DNA of 64,000 nucleotides from Methanomethylovorans hollandica DSM 15978 (GTDB taxonomy: Archaea > Halobacteriota > Methanosarcinia > Methanosarcinales > Methanosarcinaceae): contig NC_019977.1 of NCBI RefSeq assembly GCF_000328665.1, positions 124,001 to 188,000 on the forward strand, given 5' to 3'. The notes beneath the pieces are model-generated. The model saw only the letters and a program-made list of their open reading frames with translations, made no database searches and was not told the DNA's origin. Both the position numbers and the translations under genes were made by a program. This document shows, one piece after another, positions 30,938 through 40,685 of the stretch (positions are counted from its first letter, which is position 1; every line of letters starts with the position of its first letter).

Positions 30938-31702
30938 TTGTTAGGGGGTACTTACTTGAGTATAAAGGATCTCATAAATGTCTGGGTTGTAAAGACAGGG
31001 TATTCCGGAAAGCAGGCGCGTGAATGTCTTAAAAAAAATATTATTTCATTTGATCTAGAATTGCATATACTTGATGAATTCGAAGAGGACCTGAACTCTT
31101 CATCTAATCCGTTCATTATGCAAGATCGTTACAGGATGCTTGATCAAAAATATGAAGATTTTACCAATAATCTGGTCTTAGAACTGGAAGATAATCAGGA
31201 CGACTTAAATTATTTTTCCGGCTCTCCTCTGAGGAAAGAAAAGATATCCAGGCTAAAGGAAATGCTTGAGTGCATGAACCGGGAGTTATTAGGTTTTCAT
31301 GAAGTTATGGACAAGTTCGATGAATTTGAACAAGTAGAGTATCTAAAAAGAGCTATTCACGACAAGCTATGTTCTGTTGCACAGTCTAAACTTGAAACAT
31401 GGGCTCTTGATATGGCACGGTTCTCAATAAGTATCCTTATAGGTGATATTGTGGTAATGCCTCTTTCTGAAAAAGGTCTTTTTGCAATTGGAAGGGTCAT
31501 TGGAAGATATAGTCACAACAGTACAGAAATATATACCCGGCATTTTCATAATGTGGACTGGTTGAATATGGAAGTCCCATTCTCTGAGTTGAAGGAAGAC
31601 CTTAACAATCCTTCAGCTGTTTTTCTTCTTACAGGGGAGTCCAGGGAAAAAATACTTGGCATGCTTGTTTCCAAGAGAGTTTCTTCAGATGGATCAATAT
31701 GA
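30938..31702 (+). CDS. Hypothetical protein resembling the N-terminal (PUA/EVE-like) domain of Mrr/McrB-type restriction proteins
   Basis: VWVVKTG..; IGDIVVMP..FAIGRVIGRY..RHFHNVDWLNMEVPFSELKEDL. Confidence 0.55.
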   Translation: MLGGTYLSIKDLINVWVVKTGYSGKQARECLKKNIISFDLELHILDEFEEDLNSSSNPFIMQDRYRMLDQKYEDFTNNLVLELEDNQDDLNYFSGSPLRKEKISRLKEMLECMNRELLGFHEVMDKFDEFEQVEYLKRAIHDKLCSVAQSKLETWALDMARFSISILIGDIVVMPLSEKGLFAIGRVIGRYSHNSTEIYTRHFHNVDWLNMEVPFSELKEDLNNPSAVFLLTGESREKILGMLVSKRVSSDGSI

Positions 31703-32083
31703 TGCGAACCCTAAAAACTGGAACAGACTGCATTTGGAGAATATTACGAGCAGGTTATTTACCATAAGAAGTAAACCCAGAAGACTGACCGTACTTCTGG
31801 AAGCTAGCCATATATGGTTCTTCCATGCAGATCCAGTGTCCATTATAGCTCTATAAAACCAATAAATAATTCCGATGAACAAGAACTTCATCATGAGTAT
31901 TGACCAGATACCAAATTCACTCATCAGGATCACAAGGAACGGATTTTTCTCAAATCCATAATTAAGTGCATGATAAGTGGTTATAAAATCTCCCAATACA
32001 TAGAATAGGACTACATACTTTATGTCTCGTAGGAACTGTACAGAAGGATCAAATCCTGCCACAAAAACGTTTTTCAGTAACAC
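31694..32083 (-). CDS. Small membrane protein (DUF5658-like)
   Basis: GDFITTYHALNYGFEKNP motif, several TM helices. Confidence 0.7.
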   Translation of the reverse strand: MLLKNVFVAGFDPSVQFLRDIKYVVLFYVLGDFITTYHALNYGFEKNPFLVILMSEFGIWSILMMKFLFIGIIYWFYRAIMDTGSAWKNHIWLASRSTVSLLGLLLMVNNLLVIFSKCSLFQFLGFASY

Positions 32084-32245
32084 TATCTTATATCATCATG
32101 AACCAGTATATATCCAAAATGGATGCAGATATTTGCCGTATGGACATGCTCTGTAGGATGCTGGTTTTTGCTTTGAACATTATATGACAGGATCATTGAA
32201 AAGACAAGACAATTGTTTTGTACTATTAATAACAATGCTTATTAA

Positions 32246-33421
32246 ATGGTGGAGAGGATGGAGAATATGGATATATCAGATTTGCTGAGTAAGCATAAAG
32301 CAGATGGTTTCATGATCATGGGTAATGCTGAAAATGCTGATTTCTACTACACTACAAATTTCTTTGTTTCAGATAAGTACACCTATATCCAGACATCAGG
32401 CTCCAAAGAGATACTGGTGGTCTCAGAAATGGAAAGGGGCCGTGCTGAAATTGAGTCAAGGATCACGGATATTCGTACATTGCAGGATTATAACTACAGA
32501 GAGAAAGTAAAGGAAAGGGGCGACTCATACCAGGCATATGTCGATTGCATAGCGGAGATCTTGCAAAAAGAAGGTATTCGAAAAATAGGAGTTCCCAGGG
32601 ATTTCCCCTATCATACAGCTCAGGCGTTGAAAGAGGAGGGCTTTACTATTGTTGATATGGAAAGTCCTTTCAGAAAATTGAGGTCCATCAAAAGAGAAGA
32701 TGAAATCAGACATATAAGGTATGCCCAGAAAGCTTGTGAAAAAGCCATGGCTGCAGCTATTGATATTGTTCATAAGTCTGAGATAGTCGATGGTAAACTT
32801 CTTTTCCGGGGTTTTGAACTCACCGCAGACGATGTTCGCAGGGAGATTGACCTTGCATTACTGGATTCTGGTTGTGAAGCAGTAGGAACAATTGTTGCTG
32901 GCGGTAAAAAAGCTGCCAATCCTCATTGGGAAGGAGAAGGCCCACTTAAGCCAAATGAGTCTATTGTTATTGATATATTTCCTCGCAGCAAAAAACACCG
33001 TTATTTTGCCGATATGAGCCGCACAGTCCTGAAAGGTGAAGCATCTGTAGAGCTTCAGAAAATGTATGATGCGGTTCTGGCAGCTCAGAAGGAAGCCATA
33101 GAAATGGTAAAGCCTGGCATACTCTGCAGTGATATACATGACCGTATATGTGATGTACTTGAATCCCAAGGGTTTAAAACAATACGTAGCGGTTCTAAAG
33201 TAGGTTTCATCCACTCTACCGGCCATGGGGTAGGTCTTGAGATACATGAGGCTCCATTTATAGGAACTCAGGAAATTCCTCTTGAGAAGGGTAATGTCAT
33301 TACCATTGAACCTGGCCTTTATTATCCAGATCAGGGTGGTATTCGCATAGAGGATATGTTGTTAGTAACAGAGGATGGTTATGAAAACCTCACGTCACTT
33401 GAAAAAAGATTTGTAGTATAA
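32246..33421 (+). CDS. Xaa-Pro aminopeptidase (M24B)
   Basis: YFADMSRT, HSTGHGVGLEIHE, TIEPGLY, GIRIED. Confidence 0.92.
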   Translation: MVERMENMDISDLLSKHKADGFMIMGNAENADFYYTTNFFVSDKYTYIQTSGSKEILVVSEMERGRAEIESRITDIRTLQDYNYREKVKERGDSYQAYVDCIAEILQKEGIRKIGVPRDFPYHTAQALKEEGFTIVDMESPFRKLRSIKREDEIRHIRYAQKACEKAMAAAIDIVHKSEIVDGKLLFRGFELTADDVRREIDLALLDSGCEAVGTIVAGGKKAANPHWEGEGPLKPNESIVIDIFPRSKKHRYFADMSRTVLKGEASVELQKMYDAVLAAQKEAIEMVKPGILCSDIHDRICDVLESQGFKTIRSGSKVGFIHSTGHGVGLEIHEAPFIGTQEIPLEKGNVITIEPGLYYPDQGGIRIEDMLLVTEDGYENLTSLEKRFVV

Positions 33422-33467
33422 ATTTCTAGTATAAGTTTTTATTAAATCATCAGTCAGTAGGTGCTTT

Positions 33468-34358
33468 ATGACAGGTAAAATGCAGGAGGATGTTCTGGAA
33501 AAATATCTCAAGGCAGGCGAGATACTATCCAGGGTAAGGAGTGAAGCAAAGGATAAGATCAAAGTTGGTGCAAGTCTGCTTGAAGTAGCGGAGTTTGTGG
33601 AAAATAGGACCCTCGAGCTCGGGGCCGATGGTTCAGCATTCCCATGTAATATCTCACGGAATGATGAAGCTGCTCATGCCACACCAATGGCAGATGATGA
33701 GGGTGTTTTTGGAGAGGATGTGGTAAAGCTGGATATCGGGGTGCACGTAGATGGCTACATTGCCGACTCTGCTATTACGGTTGACCTCACAGGTAAGCAT
33801 GGTGATTTGGTCAAAGCCTCAGAAGCCGCCCTTTATGCTGCCATAGATACCGTAAGAAGTGGAGTGGATACTGCACATATTGGTGCAGTGATCGAAGATA
33901 CTATTCTGGATCTTGGGTTTAAGCCAATAGTCAATCTTACAGGTCATGGGGTTGCAAGGTATATTGCTCACACGCATCCCAGCATACCCAATCGTCATAT
34001 TGATCATGGTTCTATACTCCAGGCTGGAGACGTGATCGCTATTGAACCCTTTGCTACAGATGGTGCGGGAAAAATCGTAGATGGTTCATGGTCAGAGATA
34101 TTTAGTGTCATAGGCAACAAACCTATGCGTCTGCCAGCTGCCCGCAAGCTTTTGAAAGAGATCGAGCCGTACCAGATGTTGCCATTTGCCAAGAGATGGC
34201 TCAAGACAGAAAAGCTTGACTTTGCTCTTATGCAGCTTGCCAAATCAGGTGTGATCACTTCTTATCCGGTGCTCAAGGAAGTTGCAGGCGGTCTTGTGTC
34301 CCAGGCAGAACATACGCTGATAATTACAGAGGATGGTTGTCAGGTGACCACTCTTTAA
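33468..34358 (+). CDS. map: Methionine aminopeptidase type II
   Basis: DIGVHVDGYIAD, NLTGH, AIEPF, SQAEHT. Confidence 0.95.
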   Translation: MTGKMQEDVLEKYLKAGEILSRVRSEAKDKIKVGASLLEVAEFVENRTLELGADGSAFPCNISRNDEAAHATPMADDEGVFGEDVVKLDIGVHVDGYIADSAITVDLTGKHGDLVKASEAALYAAIDTVRSGVDTAHIGAVIEDTILDLGFKPIVNLTGHGVARYIAHTHPSIPNRHIDHGSILQAGDVIAIEPFATDGAGKIVDGSWSEIFSVIGNKPMRLPAARKLLKEIEPYQMLPFAKRWLKTEKLDFALMQLAKSGVITSYPVLKEVAGGLVSQAEHTLIITEDGCQVTTL

Positions 34359-35137
34359 TGGAGGATAGGTTGAGGTTTCAGCTTTTAGTATTTACACTGT
34401 TTATTTTATTCATGGTGTTCCCAGTAAATGCAGCTTTTACATGGGAGAACAATATTACCGTAGGGTATGAAGGCATTCAATGGGCATATACAGAAACATA
34501 TACTGAAGCCAATTCTCTTATCTACAAAGATTACATTGACGTTTCGATGGGTAATGGGGATGGCTTCATCAGTGCATGGGAGGTACTTAAAAGCGATGTG
34601 AAGACCAGATCTACTTTGCAAAATTCTATCATTGAGCAGATGGATGTGAGCGTGAATGGTTCTTCTGAACACGTTGTGCTTACAGATGTGGATTCTTTGT
34701 TATCGCCTGAATTATTAGGTCCAGTCATACAGTTGGAGGTAATTAAGAACACGTACACTACAAATTACCTCCTTTATGATCCATTTTTATCATCAGGCGA
34801 CAGCAGTATAAGTTTCATTGGTGAAGCAAGTACTCCTGTGGTCATCAATATGCCAGAAGGAGTATCTATCAATTTCACAGAAGGGGTCGAAAACGTATCT
34901 TTCAGTAACTATATAGGATATATAACAATAATTGGTAATTTTGGCCCAGATGGGAAGGCAACCGTTCATTTCCATCTGCAGTCCTTTGAAGATATATCCG
35001 CTTCATTCCCGGAAGCTACTGAAATGAATGTTTCAGGGGAAATGTTGGTATTCGAGGATGATGGAAAATCTCAAGATTCCTTTCTTGCAGGAAGGATATT
35101 TCCAGGTTTAGGGATATGTAATCTGAAGACTGCTTGA
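34358..35137 (+). CDS. Exported hypothetical protein
   Basis: ATG overlaps map stop; signal peptide ending VNA; NGDGFISAWE Ca-binding-like loop. Confidence 0.65.
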   Translation: MEDRLRFQLLVFTLFILFMVFPVNAAFTWENNITVGYEGIQWAYTETYTEANSLIYKDYIDVSMGNGDGFISAWEVLKSDVKTRSTLQNSIIEQMDVSVNGSSEHVVLTDVDSLLSPELLGPVIQLEVIKNTYTTNYLLYDPFLSSGDSSISFIGEASTPVVINMPEGVSINFTEGVENVSFSNYIGYITIIGNFGPDGKATVHFHLQSFEDISASFPEATEMNVSGEMLVFEDDGKSQDSFLAGRIFPGLGICNLKTA

Positions 35138-35190
35138 AGATAAAAGGATCGGTCAATTTGAGTGCTTTAATATTGTGAGGTCAATAGAAG

Positions 35191-35481
35191 ATGGTGTTCA
35201 TCGAACAGATTAAACTGAAAGGTGGTATTGCTCTTGGCCTGAAATTTGAAATGCAGCATGCATCCCTGATCGTAGTCAAAGCTGAGAGAGGGTTCGTAAT
35301 GTGTGGTTATCTGGATATTTCCACAGCTGAAAAGCTTGGGGATGTGGCTGTAAGGGTTTCAGGTGTTAACACCTTTGAAGATGTTCTCACTGCTGAAGTA
35401 AAGTCGATAACTCCGCAAGCTAAAGAACTTGGCATTACCTTAGGAATGCGGGCTAAAGATGCTCTTGAGTTAATGTTCTGA
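35191..35481 (+). CDS. YunC/DUF1805 family protein
   Basis: GFVMCGYLD..AVRVSGV..LGITLGM..AL. Confidence 0.85.
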   Translation: MVFIEQIKLKGGIALGLKFEMQHASLIVVKAERGFVMCGYLDISTAEKLGDVAVRVSGVNTFEDVLTAEVKSITPQAKELGITLGMRAKDALELMF

Positions 35482-35600
35482 ATATATGGACTATCTTTTA
35501 TATTCTTTGTTATACTATAAAGGTTTAAATCTGCGTAATATTAAATATTCTTAATTATTATTTGAATACAACAATTTCAATCCAATGAGAGGTTCTCACT

Positions 35601-36518
35601 TTGAGTTCGGAAAAAAGCTTCTTAAAGACTTATGCTCCAATCTTTGTCATGGCTGGCATCATATTAGCTGTCCAGTTTCTGTCCCTGTTGCTGGCACAAC
35701 CTATGAATGCTGAAGGTATGCAGGCTTTTGAGGATCCGGACTCTACGGCCAATAGCCTGTACTACATAGTGGTCATCCTTGTGTTCACTTTCCTATTGCT
35801 CATAGCATTGAAGAGGAACATGCAGTGGATCATTCAGCTTGTGATACTATTGGCTGTTGCTTCTACTATATATTATGTGTTCCTAGCTCTATTATCGCTG
35901 TTGGCAGATTCAGGCACGGTAATAAATACTGTTTCTCTGTCCATGGCAATAGTTCTTACTGTTCTGCTCTACAAGTTTCCGGAGTGGTATGTAATAAACA
36001 CCATTGGCTTGATCATAGGAGCAGGCGCAAGTGCCATATTCGGTATTTCCCTTTCTATAATTCCAGTACTTGTTTTGCTTTCACTCCTCGCTATCTATGA
36101 TGCGATCTCCGTCTACAAGACAAAGCACATGATAGATCTTGCTGAAGGTGTCATGGATTTACGGTTGCCCATCCTTTTCGTTATTCCAAAGAAACTGGAC
36201 TATTCTTTCATCAAAGATGATTTCAAGAAAGAGGAAGGTGAAGAGAATGAAGCGTTTTTTATGGGTCTGGGAGATGCTGTAATGCCTACTATTTTAGTAG
36301 TATCTGCGAATATCTTCCTTTCTGAGTATTCACCTTTGCAATATATGGGCATTTCATATCCCTCCATAGGTGCCATGATCGGCACACTAGTGGGATATGC
36401 TGCTCTGATGGTATTCGTAATGAAAGGAAAACCTCAGGCTGGGCTTCCTTTCCTTAACACAGGTGTTATCCTGGGGTATGCAGCAGGGGTGTTAATAGCA
36501 GGGGTACCATTCTATTGA
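35601..36518 (+). CDS. Presenilin-family intramembrane aspartyl protease (PSH)
   Basis: YD, GLGD and QAGLPFLN motifs; multiple TM helices. Confidence 0.92.
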   Translation: MSSEKSFLKTYAPIFVMAGIILAVQFLSLLLAQPMNAEGMQAFEDPDSTANSLYYIVVILVFTFLLLIALKRNMQWIIQLVILLAVASTIYYVFLALLSLLADSGTVINTVSLSMAIVLTVLLYKFPEWYVINTIGLIIGAGASAIFGISLSIIPVLVLLSLLAIYDAISVYKTKHMIDLAEGVMDLRLPILFVIPKKLDYSFIKDDFKKEEGEENEAFFMGLGDAVMPTILVVSANIFLSEYSPLQYMGISYPSIGAMIGTLVGYAALMVFVMKGKPQAGLPFLNTGVILGYAAGVLIAGVPFY

Positions 36519-36534
36519 TCTTCTAAAAAAAACG

Positions 36535-37011
36535 TTATTTCTGTTCTTGCAGTTCAGAATTAAAAGTACAGAACATGCAAGAAGGATCCTTTCCTTCAAC
36601 AGTAGATGCAAATTCAGTATCAATTGCACGGGTACCCTCTGCAAGTATGGAGGCATTGGCTACAGTACTGCTGATCAGGATCGTATCGAATATCTCTTCC
36701 TTACTAACTCCAAGTCTTTTGGCTGCCCTTATATGTGTTTTAAGGCAGTGGCCACATTTGAGGGCAGAAGCCACAGCGATACTGATAAGCTCCACGGTCT
36801 TTGGGTCCATGCGTTTGAATTCACGCATGATGCTGTTAGTATATATCATTCGGGAGATAAAAAGCTCAGGCATATCTTTAATGAAGTTTACTATATAGGG
36901 TACCTCGCCATATTGTTTCTTAATGTCTGCAAGCATCTTCTCAACAATTTCTTCAGGCTCTTCATCAAGAAGCTCTTTGATCTTTTCAATTTCCACGTTG
37001 CACCCCGCCAC
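36535..37011 (-). CDS. Carboxymuconolactone decarboxylase/AhpD-like protein
   Basis: ELISIAVASALKCGHCLKTH..A..LGVSKEEI. Confidence 0.88.
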   Translation of the reverse strand: MAGCNVEIEKIKELLDEEPEEIVEKMLADIKKQYGEVPYIVNFIKDMPELFISRMIYTNSIMREFKRMDPKTVELISIAVASALKCGHCLKTHIRAAKRLGVSKEEIFDTILISSTVANASILAEGTRAIDTEFASTVEGKDPSCMFCTFNSELQEQK

Positions 37012-37014
37012 GTC

Positions 37015-37950
37015 TTAGATCTCTATACCTACTTCGGATTTCCTTTTAACCTTCACAAGTATGTAGTTTTTCATTTTTGAGGGAGTAATAGTTGCAACAT
37101 CTCTAAGGCGAATATTGTCCTGCAGTTCCAGATCTTCAATCTTCTGATGAAAATCAGCATAAGGAAGTTTAATGCGCAGTCCATCCAATTGAAGTGTGAG
37201 AGGTGCAGGTGTGTATACATTCTCTATCTCTTGTATCTGTTCCTGTACTTCTTTCATTACCCTTGCTGGCAAAACAGCAAGCGGATCCCTGGCAATATCC
37301 TCTCTAATCTTTTCAACGATATTACCCACTTTCTCGCTCATTACATCCAGACCTCCCAGCTCCTCGCTGTGTCTTAGCCTGTGGGCGACTCTGCCTATGT
37401 TCCCAATGTACATATCAGCCCCAGGTACTTCGTCTGTCTTAAGGTCTGGTCCTCCTGTTGCAACAATGGGTATCTTTATACCTTCAAAGAGTTTTGGTTT
37501 CTTATTAATGATACAATCCTTGAATGTCCCAAATGAGAACAGGGCAATATCATGTTCGTTTATAAGTCTCCTTTCATAATCTGCAGAAAGTGCAACCCTT
37601 CTTCCCATTCCTCTGGCAAGTCCTATCATTGTGGTATTTGCTCCACCGCGCCGCAGAAACTCGGCTATATCGCAGGCAGAATGCGGCAGATGATGAGATG
37701 CCAGGGTAGGTGAGACCACAGCAATTTCAGTCCCTGTAAGGGGAGCTTTTGAAATCTTCCCCAGAAGATCTTTGGCTAGCTGCTCAATAAGATGTACGTC
37801 CTCTCTGGGTACGAGCATAATAAGAGTAACCTCTGTGGCAGCCGGTGTTTTCTGGATAAGGTATCCTCCCAGATCTTCCAAAAGTTCCAAAAGGAGCGTA
37901 TGCCTGTGTATACCTCCTTCATATATGTAAGGTTCAAGCACTGCCGCCAA
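37015..37950 (-). CDS. mmp7: Methanogenesis marker protein 7 (McrC-like)
   Basis: YEGGIHRH, HHLPHSACDIAEFLRR; operon context. Confidence 0.9.
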   Translation of the reverse strand: MAAVLEPYIYEGGIHRHTLLLELLEDLGGYLIQKTPAATEVTLIMLVPREDVHLIEQLAKDLLGKISKAPLTGTEIAVVSPTLASHHLPHSACDIAEFLRRGGANTTMIGLARGMGRRVALSADYERRLINEHDIALFSFGTFKDCIINKKPKLFEGIKIPIVATGGPDLKTDEVPGADMYIGNIGRVAHRLRHSEELGGLDVMSEKVGNIVEKIREDIARDPLAVLPARVMKEVQEQIQEIENVYTPAPLTLQLDGLRIKLPYADFHQKIEDLELQDNIRLRDVATITPSKMKNYILVKVKRKSEVGIEI

Positions 37951-38548
37951 GATTTAACCCTCCCTTTATCTGTTCAAGCATTTGATGTCCCTGTTGCACC
38001 CACTCCGGTTTCATGGCATCCTCAGATGCTACAAAAATAAATTCATTATCTCTAAGGGAATGATAACGTACCCTGAACCCTTCGGGGGTTGTCCTTATGG
38101 CCATTTCCACAAGCCTGGAAAGCAGCGTGCGCTTTGGATCAAATATGATCATCTCTTTTATGGCCTCTATTTCAGTGTCCATATTTTCTACAGTTACATT
38201 AATGGTCTTCCTGTCTTGCTGAATAACCTTTCCCCGGCTATATTTTGCCCAGAGCTTTTCCAATAGTTCGGGTAAGTGCTTCTCATCCCGAAGAACCACC
38301 TGTATCTCATTCCTGGTGACTGCTCCCACGTTAACATCTGCAAAGTCCGATGTTTTTACCAGCGGGGGGCTGCCCCTCAGGATGACGGCCATCTGGAACA
38401 GTGACTCCTCTGGTGTTATAATCACGTATATCCTGCCGATGGAGTTGGCAAGAGCAAGCTCTGATATGACATCTGAGGTAATAGACCTGTAAGCTTCGGC
38501 CTCTTCAGGTATTTTAGTTTCCACCTTGAAGATCTCCAGAGGCTCCAT
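37934..38548 (-). CDS. mmp17: Methanogenesis marker protein 17
   Basis: RTTPEGFRVR motif; operon position. Confidence 0.85.
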   Translation of the reverse strand: MEPLEIFKVETKIPEEAEAYRSITSDVISELALANSIGRIYVIITPEESLFQMAVILRGSPPLVKTSDFADVNVGAVTRNEIQVVLRDEKHLPELLEKLWAKYSRGKVIQQDRKTINVTVENMDTEIEAIKEMIIFDPKRTLLSRLVEMAIRTTPEGFRVRYHSLRDNEFIFVASEDAMKPEWVQQGHQMLEQIKGGLNLGGSA

Positions 38549-38553
38549 AATTC

Positions 38554-39795
38554 TTATTCCTCCACAAATCCCGATGCAAGCAATGCACTTCCCACAGCGC
38601 CTATAAGGTGCGAGTTTGGTGGTACAAGCACTTCTATTTTAAGCAGAGTGCTCAATGCTTTTGGAACTCCCTCTATCAGTGAAGAGCCACCCACAAGGAT
38701 CAGCGGCTCTTTTACATCCACTTCCTGCAATTGCTGCTCAAATATCTGTTCCACCACACTGTGACATGCCGCAGCAGCCACATCCTCAGGTCTTGCTCCC
38801 TTAGCAAGTGAATTCACAAGTGACTGGATACCAAAGACAATGCAGTAACTGTTCATATCGACTTTTTCCTGCATACCTTTTACAGCCAATGCACCCAGTT
38901 CAGTGATATCAACACCCAGCCTCTTTGCCGTCATATCCAGAAAACGCCCGGATGCACCTGCACATATCCCGCCCATTGTGAACATGCCTGGAATACCATC
39001 TTCCACGGATATGGCCTTGTTGTCCATTCCTCCTATGTCTATAACGGTTGCAGAGCCTTTTTGTTTGTTTGCCAGATACACTGCACCCTTGGAGTTGACA
39101 GTGATCTCTTCCTGTACCAATTGTGCTTTAAAATGTTCTCCTACCAGGAACCGGCCATATCCGGTAGTTCCAAGGGCCTGTATCTCTTCGGCTTTTACTC
39201 CAGCTTCCTCAAGCGCATGATTAAAAGCTTCTGTTGCACTATCAATGACCTTTATAGTGGGTACCCAACCCTGGCCAATGATCTTGTCATCTTTCATTAC
39301 CACAGCTTTTGTAGTGGTTGAACCAGAGTCTATGCCTGCAGTAAGACCAGTCTGATGCTCACGGGCAAGCAGATGTTTCCTTCTTGCGATGGTGGTAAGA
39401 GCCTCCATTCTTGTCATAAGAGTAGCGGCTGTTGTCCTTTCCGTGAAAGAATAACTAATAACAGGAATACTTGAATGCTTATTTATGTATCTTCTCACTT
39501 CGTTCCTTACAATAGCAGCTTCAGCACACCTAAAACATGATGTGATGAATACTCCATCCACATCTGTAATGCCTTCTACCACTGCCTGGGCTCTTGCCAT
39601 CATCAGACGCAGGTCAGGACTCGCAGCCTCTATTCCAAAATCCCTTCCGATCGTATCAAGAGAAGCTATATCTATTTCAGGAAAGATTAGCTTTGCGTTA
39701 ACACTGCCAGTTACTTTTTCCAGTTCTCCCTGGACGCCAGCATATTCCGAACCGCATGACACCAGTGCCACTTTTACTTGCTTCTCCTTGTTCAT
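38554..39795 (-). CDS. mmp15: Methanogenesis marker protein 15 (BadF/BcrA-type ASKHA ATPase)
   Basis: [32 protein letters not shown]. Confidence 0.9.
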   Translation of the reverse strand: MNKEKQVKVALVSCGSEYAGVQGELEKVTGSVNAKLIFPEIDIASLDTIGRDFGIEAASPDLRLMMARAQAVVEGITDVDGVFITSCFRCAEAAIVRNEVRRYINKHSSIPVISYSFTERTTAATLMTRMEALTTIARRKHLLAREHQTGLTAGIDSGSTTTKAVVMKDDKIIGQGWVPTIKVIDSATEAFNHALEEAGVKAEEIQALGTTGYGRFLVGEHFKAQLVQEEITVNSKGAVYLANKQKGSATVIDIGGMDNKAISVEDGIPGMFTMGGICAGASGRFLDMTAKRLGVDITELGALAVKGMQEKVDMNSYCIVFGIQSLVNSLAKGARPEDVAAAACHSVVEQIFEQQLQEVDVKEPLILVGGSSLIEGVPKALSTLLKIEVLVPPNSHLIGAVGSALLASGFVEE

Positions 39796-40244
39796 GATCT
39801 CTCCTCCATTGGCAGTGATTTCAAAAATTCGGCTATCTCATAGACAAATTCCTTACCTTCCTCTTCACTTCTGGGATAATCTACTTCAAGGATAGGTATC
39901 TCTTTTTTGCGTATCAGGTATTTAGTAAGTTCATTCGTCCTGGCGCATCCCATACATCCAAAGGCCATGGACGCTTCATTCACTATGACAGCAGCTTCTG
40001 CCTCATCTATCATCGGGCCCACTATAGCCATTCTCCCCCTTACACCTGCTGGCACTTCCACGGCTGCATACTTCAGACCCTTTTTGGGCTCTTCAGCTGT
40101 TATATTAAGGGGTGGAGAGTCTACGCCTACAGTGTTTACTTTCTCTTTGATCTTTTCCATCATTGCAAGGGGTTTATGACCAAATCGCTCTACAAGATCA
40201 GAAAGTATCAGGCTGTTGGTAGGATAAATGATCACTTTTGCCAT
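39792..40244 (-). CDS. mmp5: Methanogenesis marker protein 5
   Basis: [35 protein letters not shown]. Confidence 0.9.
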   Translation of the reverse strand: MAKVIIYPTNSLILSDLVERFGHKPLAMMEKIKEKVNTVGVDSPPLNITAEEPKKGLKYAAVEVPAGVRGRMAIVGPMIDEAEAAVIVNEASMAFGCMGCARTNELTKYLIRKKEIPILEVDYPRSEEEGKEFVYEIAEFLKSLPMEERS

Positions 40245-40253
40245 TATATTGCC

Positions 40254-40685
40254 TCATAAATTAGATTCAATGATACTCTTCAGCTTCTTTGTGTCAATTT
40301 TTTCTGCACGGTGTATCTCCGTGGGTGGAACATGTTGTTCATAAGCATCAAGTGCTTTTCCAATCATGGGCAGCATCTGCACTTCTTCTCTCAGATAATG
40401 GAAGCCTGGTCTGGGTCCACCTCCCCTCACGGCCCGGCATCTCCTCTCATCGCCCGGATGAAATCCACGTTCTTTAACAAAGATATGATTCCTGTCCATA
40501 CCTCTCAGTTCAGCTATAACCCGATCTACAGCAATCCTGGGCCCAGTAACCATCGTCCCAAAGCAGGTTTCTTTAATCGTTATAGCGTTTTCTGATTCAT
40601 ACACTTTCATTGCTGCGTCTATGGGCAGAACGCTGTCAGAACTTATGACAACTATTTTGGTGATAATATCTTCCTCATTATTCAT
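40254..40685 (-). CDS. mmp6: Methanogenesis marker protein 6
   Basis: IKETCFG, ERGFHPGDERRCRA..GGPRPGFH. Confidence 0.9.
   Translation of the reverse strand: MNNEEDIITKIVVISSDSVLPIDAAMKVYESENAITIKETCFGTMVTGPRIAVDRVIAELRGMDRNHIFVKERGFHPGDERRCRAVRGGGPRPGFHYLREEVQMLPMIGKALDAYEQHVPPTEIHRAEKIDTKKLKSIIESNL

Noticed and set aside
30729..30944. 71-aa His/Tyr-rich ORF, and a roughly 55-codon minus-strand ORF (MKKYMQAEM...) ending near 30595
   Set aside because: The first is a translation of the purine-pyrimidine tract; the second has no motif or clear SD, so it is unsupported
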